A stretch of DNA of 64,000 nt from Proteromonas lacertae (lineage: Eukaryota), in the NCBI GenBank assembly GCA_002245135.1, contig NGBS01000017.1, positions 62,001 to 126,000 on the forward strand, in the 5' to 3' direction. The translations under genes and the position numbers were made by a program. Below are positions 1-13,370 of this stretch, one piece after another; positions within the stretch are counted from its first letter, which is position 1; the number at the start of each line of letters is the position of its first letter. The notes under the pieces were generated by a model that was not told the DNA's origin, ran no database searches, and was given only the letters and a program-made list of their open reading frames with translations.

Positions 1-266
1 CTATACATTTTTCATTTGGATCCTAGATAGTTACAACAAAATCCATACAACTTTTACCATATTTTTATGAAAGAATAATTTTTGAAACACAAGCTTTGAT
101 TTGAATAACCTTGAAACGAATATAAAAACAAAAAATAGAAAAATATCCAATAAAATGCAACCTATTGATTTGTGTTGTGGTTTTAAACTTTTTAAACAAA
201 AATACACTTATTGAGATTTATACCCCTATAATATTAAATAATTAAAAACATTATTTTGTAATTATT

Positions 267-2870
267 CTAAGAATCATCATCACTACCTTCACTACCAGTA
301 TCATCTTCAGGAATACCAACATTAGCTTGTCTCAATATACTCTGGATATCATTATGAATCAAATTAATATGATCGACTGTTTGTTTCAATTCACCTTTCA
401 ATATCTCTTCTCTCTCTTCTAATTCATCAGGACCACTATCAATATCATCATCATCACCTTCATTCTGTTCCCAAGCTTCCGCTTCATCATCTTCATCATT
501 TGCTGTTTTAACTTCACTGTTTATTTCATTTTCATCAATATAATCATCTTCAAAATCATCATCATCACTTCCAGTTGCTGGTATAACAGGTGTACGGTTA
601 TTGCGAGGTGGTGTCCTTGGTGGAGGTGATGGTGAACTTGATTTTGGACGAAGTGGTGGAGATGGAGAAGGAGATTTTGAACTTCTTCGTCTATTGTTAT
701 TCTCATCATAATTACTATGAGGTAAATTAATAACACCTTTTACTTGTGGATTTTCCATTCCCATTTGTGCCATTATATTATCAGATCTGTATTGTTGTTG
801 TTTCTTCAATGCTGCTTCTTGGTTTATTCTAATATTTTCTAATCTAATCTTTTCCATTTCTGCTAATTTCTCTTGTTCTGGATCTAGACTCTTTGCACTT
901 TCACATCTTGCTGCTGCTCGTTGTTGTGCTGCTTGGTAATCTCTACTGTTCATTGGAGATGTTAATAATGCATTATTAGTTTCTTTGACTCTAAACACAT
1001 CACGAGTAACAGGAGGTAAATGGTTTGATCTTCGAGCTTGTGCATCAATAACGGGAGGTAAATCAACTGATGGTGGAGGTAAACCTGAACCCATATCTCG
1101 ATAATTACGGTATTTTTGATTCTTCATTTGTTCTTCCACCTCTTTTACTTTTAAATGATTCTGATATTGATCTCTTTCTTCTTCATAACTTGGAGCTCTT
1201 GGTGGATATGATAATCGTTTAGGTGGAATATTTGCAGCTGCAGCTGATGGTTGTTGTTGTTGTTGTTGTTGTTGTAATTGTGGTGGAGGTAAATCTCTCT
1301 TTTCTTCAGCTGCCATTTTATATTTCCTTTGGTTCTCTTCATCTCTCAATCTTTCTTCTTTCTCTCGTTGTACTCTTTTATCAGCATCTGCTCTTGCTTT
1401 TTCCTGTCTTGCTCTATATTCTTCATTTCTTCTTTCTCTTTCTTTTTCTAATTGTTCACGCTTTCTTTGAGCTTCTTTTTGTCTGTCATTATTCTTTTTT
1501 GCAATCTCTGCGATCTGATTCTGATGGTATTGGTTTCTTCTATCTTCAGCGACTTTCATTCTGTGAGGATTATTTCTATATCTATCACCACCTTCTCTTT
1601 GACGTTGTAATAAAGCAGCTTGTCTTTTGGCTCGTTCTTCTTTCTCTTTTCTCAATCTTTCTAACGCAGCTTGTATAATCATCTTCTTTTCTTCTTCTCT
1701 TGCTAATGCACGATTTTGATCTTGAGCCCATTTCTTTACTTCTTGCTGTTGAACTGGTGGTGGTGGTTTAACTATACCATTATTATCAGCTTGAGCTATT
1801 CTTTTTGATACTAAATCGTATAATCCTAACTTCTCAATTTGATTGGTTAATGTACCAACTTGTGCTATATCTACTCCTAATTTGTGAGTCATTGCAACAT
1901 TTTCACCATGAGCTTGAGCTACACCTACAATGGCTTGCTTAATGATCTTAGTACCATCTCCCATCTGATCACTACTTCTAGTAAATATATCCGCTATGAA
2001 TTCAGCTGTATGGTTTTGAATGAATGGCATTTGTAGTATTTGAGTTGTACTGGGTCTTTGTGTTGGATTAACCTTCAACATGAGTGCAACTAAATCTCTT
2101 AGTGCTTTACTATATTGAGTACTAATTGGTGAATATCTTCCTGACATTACCTTCTGTCCTAAAGCAGCCATTGAATTTGCGTCGAATGGATGTCTCAAAG
2201 TGACTAATTCATATAAAACACAACCCAATGCCCAAATATCGGATTTATAGTCATATCGATTATTCTTGTAGATTTCAGGTGACATATAATATGGTGTACC
2301 AATCGCTGTTTTAGCAAATGCACGGTCATTATTAAGAACCTTCGAAATACCTAAATCTCCCAAAACTAAACGTCCATTACCTAATAAGAAGATATTTTGC
2401 GCTTTTATATCTCTATGAAGTACATTTTTTTCGTGCATAAATTGTAAACCTAATAGAATTTGGACAAAGTAGTGTAATGCTGTACTTTCTTTTAATAATC
2501 GATTTCTTCTCTTGTTTCCATCAATTATTCCCTGTAAATCACCTCCATCACAATATGTCATGCAAATACATAGTTGAGAATGGTTGGCTGTGAAGAAATG
2601 TTCCTATTTTATTAAATTTGGAGTATTTATACTCTATAACTCACAATATTTGGATGAGTAAATTGCTGCAATAATTTTAACTCTGTTCTGATGGATTCTT
2701 TTTCAGATTCTGGTATACCTATCATGCCAATCATTTTCATAGCATAATATCTTTTCTCCTTCTTATGCTTTACTAAATATACCTATAAATACTATAAACA
2801 TCCTTTTATATACCTTACCAAAAGAACCTTTACCTAAAACTTTCACTTTTTCGTAATCTATTAAAGGCAT
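267..2870 (-). CDS. NIMA-related (NEK1/3/5-like) Ser/Thr kinase with coiled-coil, poly-Q and acidic tail
   Basis: ATG at 2870. GKGSFG loop, YAMK, two short GT-AG introns joining to the 764-aa ORF with LHRDIKAQNIFL, GDLGISK, GTPYYMSPE, SDIWALGC. Confidence 0.92.
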
Positions 2871-3099
2871 TGTTAGTTAAATCCAAATAAAATATAATGA
2901 CTTAATAACTGAGTATATAGTTTGAATTAAGTAGGTTTTAAAAAAGAAACAGACAGTGTGAAACGAATCAATATTTTGAAACAAAAAGTCATTTTTGAAA
3001 TGATTTTATTAAATAAAGGTATATATTGATATTATAACGCTTTTCTTTGCATATAAATCAAGGATGGTTCATTGTTGAACTCGTTTTTTATATATATGC

Positions 3100-4200
3100 T
3101 ATAGAAAAGGAATTTTCACTAACTTTATAAATACTAATATATTTGTTATTATTTATAGAGATTTAATAATTCTATATTCTTATATTTATAGGTTTTAATA
3201 TGTGATTCTCATGTTTGAAAGAGTTTTTGAAGTTTATTGAGAATATAAGAAGGTATATAACTCTATATAATCTATAATTTTTATCTACTATATGCATATA
3301 TGATTAGGCTACATTAAAATTGATAGTAACTGTTTGATTATGTGCAATAGTGTGAAATCTAATCGTTCATTCATAGATATTTTATAACATAAAACATTTT
3401 CTATGAATATTTTTATGATTTCAACAATATTTATTCTCTTAGATAAAATGTGAAGAAATTAAATTAAGATCAGAGTGATAGATATGAAGATTATACAATA
3501 AAAGGTATATATATATATATATATATCACAATAATATAAATATTTCTAATATAATTGCATACAAAGATCTGAGGTTGTTTTTAATTGATTAGATAATCTC
3601 TTTGTTGCTATGCTATATGAAACTGGAATAATCACTTTCTGCATAGATGTTTAAACACCATCTATGAAGCATTTCACCGTTCCAATATTATTATTAATAT
3701 TCTTAAAATACTTATATATTTCATATAGACTAAGATGTATTTGAGTTAAAAGTCATTCTTTTCATAAGGTATATATATATAATATTAAAAATACTATATA
3801 TAAATATCCAAAGCTATATTAGTGATGTTTTTATTATTAATAAAACAATACTCCAGACACTTTGGTATATTAAAACTACTTTTCATATCCGTGTTTTACG
3901 GATTAATTATTAAGAATAGTCCTTAAATCTCCCACTATATTTCTGTTTGTAATAATAGAGATATGATCACTTACTGTGTTCAGATTGGTGGGTAATGAGT
4001 CATAACTATTCTATATTCATTTATATATTTATATTATTTATATTTTAATAGATTTGAATAATAATGTATGTTTATATATAATCAGCGATGAAGATAAATT
4101 GGCTGTAAATAGAACATCAACATTTATATGAATAATATAAATGGAATGTTTTATTGTATTGTTGAATTAATGATGATATATGACTGAGTGCATCTTAGCT
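3100..4200 (+). pseudogene. Possible degenerate multi-exon gene relic
   Basis: Alternating intron-like (gtatat...tag) and exon-like segments, but stops in all the splice frames I tried. No family recognised. Confidence 0.25.
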
Positions 4201-4537
4201 GAAATATATAATTTATATATATTCATATTAATTAATATAGACTTTTTTTGTTTCTTTTATCAATATAATTTTTATTTTTGGAAAACATTTTGTATAACTA
4301 TGATATACATAGTATAAATTGAAACATTAAAGCTAATAACATCAATCACATAATTTTCACTAAAAAAACAGTCATAAGTGAACTACTATTTTTCAAATTC
4401 ATAAATTCATTCACATTTTAATATGATAAGAAATATACAGAATTAACTGAAAAATATAAAATATGTATAGTTTGATAAATGTTTACATAATTATTAACAA
4501 ATAAAAGAATAATAGAGTAAAACAAGTAATGATAAAA

Positions 4538-7500
4538 TTATATAACATTCCAGTATTCTTCCTTTTCTTCCTCTTCTATCCCATCCAACTCTACTATACC
4601 AATTGATGTAAATGTTTCTAAAAATGATTTTAATTCTGATTTGTCTATATTCTCTTTTATTGTTATTGATAAACTATCTAAATCTTCAAATACTTCTTTG
4701 TTTTCTTTCATTAATCTCAATTCTTCTTCATTCATTTCATTTCCTGATAAATTTATCTCTCTTAACGGTTTATAATCTTTTAATCTTTCTATTAACATCA
4801 TTAATCCTTTTTCACTCATTCCAATTTCTATATAGAATAGAATAGAGAATTAAACATACTTGAGATGTCTAATGATGATGAAGAATAAACAAATTTATCT
4901 AAATATTTACATATTATTTCCATTCCTTCATCTCCAATTGGATTATTGAATATGGAGATATATTTAACATTTTTTGAAATAGAATCAGTTAATTCTTTTA
5001 ACCCTTTAGAAGTGATTTTGTTGTTGGATAAATTTAGTTCCGAATAGTTTATCTGTTTTATTAATGAAATGTGAGAATCATTCAGATTTAAATCTATTTA
5101 ATAATAAACCAGATTATATACCAGAAAAATCATAACATTTATTGTCTTTTCTTTTCTTTTTAATACAATAATCCAAATAATATTCCAATTCTTCATTTGT
5201 CCATGATTTATTATTCATTTCTATAAATGGATATTCTTCTTTTTCTAATGACTTTGAACAAATTGATTTTAACCCATTCATTCTCATATTATTTTCATTT
5301 AGATTTAATATTTTACATCCTCTAATTGAATCTAATGCATTTGTTAATAATACTTCACTTTCATCATCTATTGAGGTATTACTCAAGTTTATTTCCTTTG
5401 TATGTATATCAATAAACACATTTAAATTATTTTCCAACAATTTTAATCCTTTATTACCAATTGGATTATCTATTTTATAAATATATAAATAACAATGAAT
5501 ATATACTGTGAATATGAATGGCATTGAATATAGCATTTTTATTAATATATTCTACTAAATATTCTATTCCATCTGAATCTATATTATTATCACTTATATC
5601 AAGTTCAATCTTTTGATGAATACTTTTTAAACCATCAACTAAATATTTCAATCCAATTGAAGATAATCCCATTTCTATTGAATATTAAATGATAGTATTT
5701 ATACTTGAACAATATATTCCTTCATCCAAATAATCTATCAATATACATAAATGTGGAAATAATATTTTCATTCCTTCATCTCCTATTTCATTTTCATATA
5801 ATTCAAGAGATTTAAGATTTGAAAATGAAGACAAATTGTCAATCAGTATTTCTATACTTTTATATGTTAGTTTATTATCTATATAATAATAAAAATATCA
5901 AATTATACAACTCAAATATAACTCTTCTATTTCTTTCAATTCATTTAATCTTAATGAAATGAATGTTTTGAAAATATCATCATCTATTTCTAAATCACTC
6001 AGAAATAATCTATTGTATAGGTTTATATATTTGAACAACTCAGGAATGTCTTTATCAATTAACAACTCTTTACAAGCATCACAACGTATATTTGGAAATT
6101 TAGATAATAAGGCTTTTAAACCAGATGAATGAATATTATTCCTTATAATATCTATTTTCTTAAGATTTGGATATTTATATAATTCTGATGATAATAATAT
6201 CATACATTCATCATCTAAATTCATTCCATAAAGATCCGATTCATTATCTTTGTTGATTAATAAATTCAAATATGGAAGTAACAATTTAAATCCTTTCACA
6301 CCAATTTCATTATCTATTTCATAAAATAACAATATGATTATAAATACATGAAAGATCTAAATGTTTCAATTTCATCAATGGAATTGATTTAACAAATGAT
6401 TCAATGCATTCAGAAGTAAGATTACATCCTAATAAATACAATTCTTGTAGATTTGATAATCCAGTCAAATATGATAAAAACAATGATTGATGAATAATTG
6501 GTATGTGAATAAAATCTATACAAATAATAATATATAGAAAAATACTAAATTTCAGCTTAGTTGGATTGATTATTCTCAATATTCTAAATAAATAATTCAT
6601 TCCTTCTTCACACAAACACATACAATATGATTCTATTTTCATCATTTCTTTATCTAAATAATTGCTTTCTATCTTAAATATCATCTCATCTAAATCATAT
6701 TCTCCACATTTACATTTATGATGTATTTGATATTTCAATCTATTTTCAATTGAATTATCTTCTTTAAATAATTTCATCATCAATAATATTGACAATATTC
6801 TTTCATTTGGTTGATTATTGTAGGATTCTATCAAATTATCTCTAATCACTTTTCTTTTTTCACTTTTATAATACAGCTCTAATGGATATGTTATTGGAAA
6901 TTTTATAATTACAATATCATTATTATATAACATCTCTTTTCTTTCTTCACATATCATCATATTATTTTCTTTATCTCTCCATATTTCACTCATTTTTATC
7001 ATTTCTTTCTTCAACTCTTTTAAACTCACTCTATCTTCATTCTTCACTTTCAACATTCTACATATCATTTCTTTCATTCTATCATCACATTCTACATCTA
7101 AAATATATTTACATCTCAGGATATTCTCTTTGGTTTTATTCATATTATCATCTTCTGAAAATGGTAATTTCTTAAACATCATTTCATATAATATACACCC
7201 AATTGACCAAATCACACTTTCTTCATCATATTCTAATCCATTCAACTCTTCTGGGCTTGTGAAGCATATATCATATATTCTCATATCTTCTTCTTTTCTT
7301 ATTTCATTCAAGAATAAATCACATAACTTTAAAACACCATTCTCTTCATATATCACATTACTACTCTTCAAATTATCAATCACTACATCATTTTCACTCA
7401 ATAACATTACATCACCACATATTGAACTTATTATATCACATATATCATTCACACATAAGCAGTTTTTAGGAATTATCTCTTCCAAGTCTCTACTGTAATA

Positions 7501-7809
7501 TTCTCTCTCATATATCATATATTCACCATAATCATTCATATCATACACTCTATATCGACAAATGAAGGAGGAACAATAATCTAACAACAAACAGTTATTC
7601 TCTAACAATTTTAATATTCGCTTCTCTTTCATTTCACATACATTAAACACTTTCAACTTTTGAATACCATTCTCATATTCTACAACTAAATCTATCTCAT
7701 TACCTCTTCTTTCTATTCTCTCTTTCTCCTAATTAAAATAAATCAATTCAAATACTTTCATATCACATGCTAATTTAGCATATAACACTTTATCTATCAA
7801 ATTCAACAT
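4538..7809 (-). CDS. Pseudokinase-LRR protein, copy 1 (apparently intact)
   Basis: ATG 7809. GT-AG introns 7729-7755, 6516-6545, 6314-6347, 5879-5908, 5675-5704, 5470-5506, 5094-5121, 4828-4859 join the ORFs in frame. Kinase fold with IDNLKSSN/CDLF/WSIGCILYEM, followed by RI-like LRRs (LDISDNNIDSDG, IFNNPIGDEG). Confidence 0.85.
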
Positions 7810-9035
7810 TTCAAAATATTTAGTCGTTTCATTTATGGAATTTTTTTATTTACATACACAGAAATCATTCTAACACTATATTTATACTTATTAACACCTA
7901 AGTACTATACAATCTTAATATATATCCATCATATTTTTAACCTGAAATGAAATGGCATTAATTTGTTAATAAAACACATAACACAAATATATTTATAATA
8001 ATAATTATTATTATTATCTATTACATAGTTTCTGAAGGACTAAAATGAGAGACGATTGAATCAACACTACTCACTGCTAAATTACACAAACCACCATGAA
8101 AACTCATAGAATTAATTGCACTAAAACTACGACTAAACATTCCACTATGAGAAGTATAAGAACATAATAATTCTTTTGTATCTACATTATAGATATTTAA
8201 TTGACCTGATTTACTACCTGTTGCTATTAATGGATATGTTGGATGAATATCACAAGCTGTTAGAATCTCATCATCATAGGCTTTGATTGTAGAAATACAC
8301 TTCATTGTACTTAAATCATAATAATTAATTTCACCTGTCATTGAAACATTCAAAAATTCTTTTTTATCTTCACATAAATTTACTCGAACTATCCAGTTAC
8401 AACTATCTTTTATCTCATTTCGTAATATATATTCATTGTTACTACATCGAATATCATACACTCTAACACCTCCACTATCATCTCCACTTATTACTATATT
8501 GTTACAAGCATCTAAACAACTTACTAATGATTTATTGTCATTATTTCCTTCGATTATTGAACTACACATTTCTTTCTCTAAATTCCAAACTCGAATATTG
8601 TTTTGACTTCCACTCACATATAAATTTGTATTGATTTTATCATATTTACAGATTAAACCAATTCCATTATAACTCTTTTGTAATGATAATAATGGTAAAC
8701 CAGTAAAACCACTTTTATATTCAGGAGAAATCAATTTACATTTTCTATCCATTGTTTTCCAGATTCGAATTATTCCATCAGCTGAACCAACTAATAACAG
8801 AGGATCTTGATGAATATTAATCCATAACATTGATGTGATTTTTATACCTTCTGGGACAAAGAGATGGAAATTTTGATAATGTTATTCGATTGTTGTAATT
8901 GATTATACTGATTCGATTATCATCTAAAGCAACCTATTTATATTCATAATAATAATGATAATAATATATACATATAACTCTGGAGTATAAGGAGCATATA
9001 ATAATGTTGTTGTTACACTTTAACATTCAATTGTT
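6826..9035. repeat. Inverted segmental duplication, left arm (pairs with 49290-51459)
   Basis: Reverse complement matches Raptor 3' exons, intergenic DNA and the pseudokinase exons at 49290-51459. Confidence 0.9.
8021..9035 (-). pseudogene. 5'-truncated duplicate of the Raptor C-terminal WD40 region (269-aa ORF still open, starts ATG 8830)
   Basis: Near-identical inverted copy of 49290-50297 (2 aa differences in the ORF-track proteins). Homology stops ~9035, with an in-frame TAA at ~9020-9022 and an extra base at ~8853 upstream of the ORF. Confidence 0.8.
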
Positions 9036-9326
9036 TATATTATATTGTAATAATATATCTCTCTAGCATAATCATAGTAATCAAAATTTCTTCAATTACA
9101 CTCTTTTCTACTCTCTCATTCATTTATACAGAATTTATAAATTCATATGCTTCAATATCAGAAGATTTCACTCCACAACATTTTTTCACTCAATTTGTAA
9201 CGAATATATTTTTATAAATGATATTTTAAAGTGATTTCTTCTCTTATCCTATCCATATATTTACTTAATTTAGTTTTAATTAATCAATTATTTTGATAAA
9301 TTTACAAATATTGTTATAACAGAAAG

Positions 9327-12300
9327 ATGTACCTTGATAGAACCAGATTAACCTCTTTGGATGTTTTCTTATCAATGAATTTATCAGAATCGTTAATGTC
9401 AGAAGAAATATCATTTTTGTAATAATTTGGATTATCTAATCTCCTTAATATGCTTATCCTGTGAAATATGTGAAGATAAAGCAGTTTGGTATAATAAAAT
9501 GTACCCATTATTTCAAATATAAGTGTATAATCTGTGAAACCAATAGTACGATATACATCTGTTTTGGAGATGAAGAAATTTCTTCATTATATCCAACAAG
9601 TAAATCTAAATTGAATGACAAAATAAAATCGAAAGTACCAACAAGTATAATAAAAGAATATTGATATAATAACTAGAATTATTAAACGAATCTAACAAAT
9701 TTGATATAAAATATGTAAAAGAAATAAATCAAGATAATAAACGAATAATATTCAGTGGATATTCTTATGGTGGAAGTATTGCTCAATTACAAACAATAAA
9801 ATATCTTACATCTTATAATAATAATAATAATGATAATAATGTTTACTGTATAACATTTGGTTTAATTGATTCTATAAATAAATCAAATGAATTGAAGAAA
9901 TATATAAAAGAATATAATAATAATAATAACATTGATATTGATTTAGTATTTGTAAACATAATGAATGAAAATGATCCATTATCTTTAATCAATAATATTT
10001 ACTATAAATGTATTATATATAAATATAATATTGTTATATTTTTATGTGTTATATATAATAGGGAAAAGTAATTTATTACATATAATGTCTTCTCCAAATT
10101 CATTTTTGCAATTAATTGATTATTATATGAATTTTGAGATAAATAAAATAGAAGAAGAAGATGATGAAGAAAAAGATAAAGATTTTAGCAGGATTGGATT
10201 AACCTATGTTGTATATTGATATTAATATATTGATATATAGTTTAATAATGATGGAACAGTAGAAAAATATAATGATATAAAAGAATATAGAGAATATATA
10301 AACGAAAAAGTATTGAAGTCAGATATATCTCATTATATATTGATTCAAAATCATTCTGTTAATATCTACTATTCAAATTTAATGAAATATGAAATGGATA
10401 ATACACTACCAACAAATGAACTAAATGCATACTCAATTTTTCATTTACCAATTAACACCCAATTGATAATGAATATAAAAGAAAAATATCTATCAAAATG
10501 TATAAATTATTTCATTTATAACCAATTGGATAACAAGAAAAACCAAATCATTTACATTCTAACCAAAAAATACTTATCATTCTTTCAAAATTCTACTTCT
10601 TCATTTTATATTGAAGCTGATAACACTATTCATAGTAATAAAGAAGCAGTTAATTTCTTTTATTCACAATTGTATCTACCGAACATATATATTGATAATC
10701 CTACTGTGAAAAGTGTTATAGAATTAGAATCAACATTAATTAAACCAATCAAAGATTATTTGAATAGTATAAATGGTGAAGATCATTCAAAGTTGATGAT
10801 ATATTACATTATAACTAAACCCCATTTAACATATGGTTATATAGAGAGAATAATTAATGATTATAATTTAAAAGATAAACCATTTATAGATTATATGGAT
10901 GAATATATACATTTTTCATATAAAGATAAGAGTTACATTCCTTCAACAAAAACTATGAATTCTTCATTACTTCGTCAATATTTATTTTGGATTGAAATAT
11001 TATTTGGATATGTTTTAAATGATAATAGTCTATTCAGCACACATTGAAATTGCTAGTGATAGAAAAATGCGAATATTTCTGTTATTAGTTTGCTATGGAT
11101 ATGAATTGAAATTGAATCACAGTGTTTCTCAATCTTTTTATGATAATGATTATAAATCTGCTCTTTTTCCATCTTCATTTATAGGTTTATCTTGTATTTA
11201 TACATATAATATATTATTTTATTATAGTAAGTGAATGTCTCAACAAATCAGATACAATGATAAAGGAAATAATAAAAATCATTAATCATTTGTTATACAA
11301 CAATACATCTTCTATTGATATTTACAATTTATATTCTAATATTCTCACTGCAATAAAAGAAAGTATAAAAGTTCTATTTAAAGGAGATAAATTCTTCTAT
11401 AAAAACATACAAAAGTATTTGAATATAAAATATGAGAATGAGAGTGATTTTTATGAATTTATAAGTTATAAACACTTAACTGAATTTCCATTATATTCAT
11501 CATTCTTAGTTAAGTAACAATAATAATAGTAATAATAAATTAGATTTGAATGTATTTAAATCCTTAACAGATGAACAAATCAGTGTATTTATGCTATGTA
11601 ATCATTTGTCATTGAATGGTATATATTTATTTCTTAATGATTATATGATTAATATTGATGATTTACATAAAGTATCTAAAGAAAATTTAGTATGGTACTG
11701 CGTATTTGTCATACCAAAACAACGAAAAAAATAAGTGAAAAAGGAAATGGATTATTACTACAATTTCCATTCAATATATTGAAAAGGTTAAATAGTGATG
11801 TAAATATTTCATATTTATTAAATGATGATGATTATATGATTCTAAGTGGAAGATTAACTGAATATTTTCAAAGATGTAACAATGATAATAATGATCAGAT
11901 ATTAGAAGAAATAGATCCAATTATAGTAAATAGTAATAATAAGAAGAGTAATTTGCATAGTTGTAATTGTAAATATAAAATTGATAGTATTGCAGAAGGA
12001 GTTATAAATTATATTTCTACATCACATGTTACTTATGAATATAAAGTATATTACAACAATGAAGAATGGTGTTTATATAAAAGATATAACAGTTTTTATG
12101 TATTACTCTTTATTTATTTATTTGAATAGTATTTTCATGAACAGTTGAAAAATGAAAATCCAACAATTGAACTTCCAGAATTACCTCACTGTAGTTTTAC
12201 TCGTTCATTTTCGGATGATTATATTAATGCAATGGGAACTGAATTGTTTAGATATATAACGTCACTTATAATAATGATAAATGAAAATGATAATAAAACT

Positions 12301-13253
12301 AAAGATAAACAGTTGTATAGAAATCCAATAGAATTATTTGATACAATAACTGTATTTTTACATGGTTGGAGTTTTTTGAATAATAAAATCAGATCAATAA
12401 ATGATTATTCTAATCAAATGGAGTTGATAACAGTTGATAGTAAAATTAATCCCAATATTTTTAATGAAATAATATATTTACAGGAAGAGAAATGTGTGTT
12501 ATGTGGAAAAGACATTAAGTCATTCTTCTTCATCTCTTAATTCTAATACTTCTTCTATATCTAATTCTGTAAATTATTGTTATTATACAAATTTGTATTA
12601 TTGTTTTGATTGTATAAGTAAAGAAAAGATGATAATTCCAAGTTATGTATTATGTAATTGGAATTTTGAAAGATGCACTGTGTGTTTACCTGTTTATGAG
12701 TATATAAAATCAATTTATAGTAAACCAATAATCAATATATCAATGATTGATCCACAAGTCTTATTTTCAGAACAATTAGATCCAATATTTAATGAATTGA
12801 AGAAATACAGAAGAAGTTTAGGATTATTATTTAGAGTTATTTCAACCTGTGATGAAGGCTTAGCAATGGCCAAAGAATTAAAAATTCCTGAACATCTGAA
12901 AGTGGAAGATGATAATTATTCTTTAGAAGATATAGAGAAAATATCAAATTCTAATAAATTGAAAAAAGATATGAAATATTATAAAAGAGAGATATTTCAT
13001 CATATAAAGAATTGTGATAATTGTAGAATGAAGATAAACATTTGTTCAATTTGTAAGAATAAAGAATCTATCATATTTGGATATGAAGATGATAATTATG
13101 CTAATAATAAGTGTGTGGAATGTAAAAGATGTAAAGACATATATCATAAAGAATGTTTTGATAAAAGTGAATGGAAATTGTGTTAATTGTGGTTATTGTA
13201 ATAGAAATATTAATGAAAATAGTGTTATTAAACATGAAATACATTATGATTAA
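9327..13253 (+). CDS. Class-3 lipase + PX domain + Rubicon-homology (PLEKHM/DEF8-type Zn) domain protein; several apparent single-base frameshifts
   Basis: FSGYSYGGS (9751-9777), NENDP and QNHSVNIY give a Ser-Asp-His triad. PX-like YEYKV...WCLYKRYNSF...LPELP. RH-like CxxC, YCYYTNLYYCFDC, IIPSYVLCNWNF, HIKNCDNC, CKRCKDIYHKEC. Confidence 0.7.
9408..9457 (+). other. Candidate U12-type intron (AT-AT 50 nt, or AT-AA to 9466)
   Basis: ATATCATTTT at 9408, TCCTTAAT at 9442-9449, phase-0 join to the ORF at 9458/9467. Confidence 0.6.
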
Positions 13254-13370
13254 GTTAAATGTGTTTTATTTATATATCTCTTTTTTGTAATTGTTGATTT
13301 ATAAAAAAAAAGAATTAATGAAACATTTGATTAAAATAATACAACACTCTAAAAATACATATAAAGATCA

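Noticed and set aside
1..15. Possible minus-strand gene start (ATG AAA AAT then GTATAG) at the window edge
   Set aside because: Only 15 nt are visible.
521..1678. Overlapping and antisense ORFs in the track (also 17278-17808, 22851-23147, 31611-32068, 42223-42576 etc.)
   Set aside because: Shadow ORFs of low-complexity coding strands with no motifs.
9040..9200. Minus-strand exon-like remnant next to the duplication breakpoint
   Set aside because: Too short and degenerate to assign.
10997..11042. Possible AT-AC intron (ATATTATTT...CACAC)
   Set aside because: The donor mismatches the consensus and the branch is weak. A one-base error or a GT-AG intron from 10974 also restores the frame.
11561..11568. 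Perfect U12 branch motif TCCTTAAC near a frame break
   Set aside because: No ATATCATTT donor upstream. A GT-AG intron (11514-11583) or a +1 error explains the break equally well, so it is unresolved.
11722..11736. AAA-TAA resembling the Euplotes +1 frameshift signal
   Set aside because: The required shift is -1 in an A7 run, so a homopolymer error is simpler.
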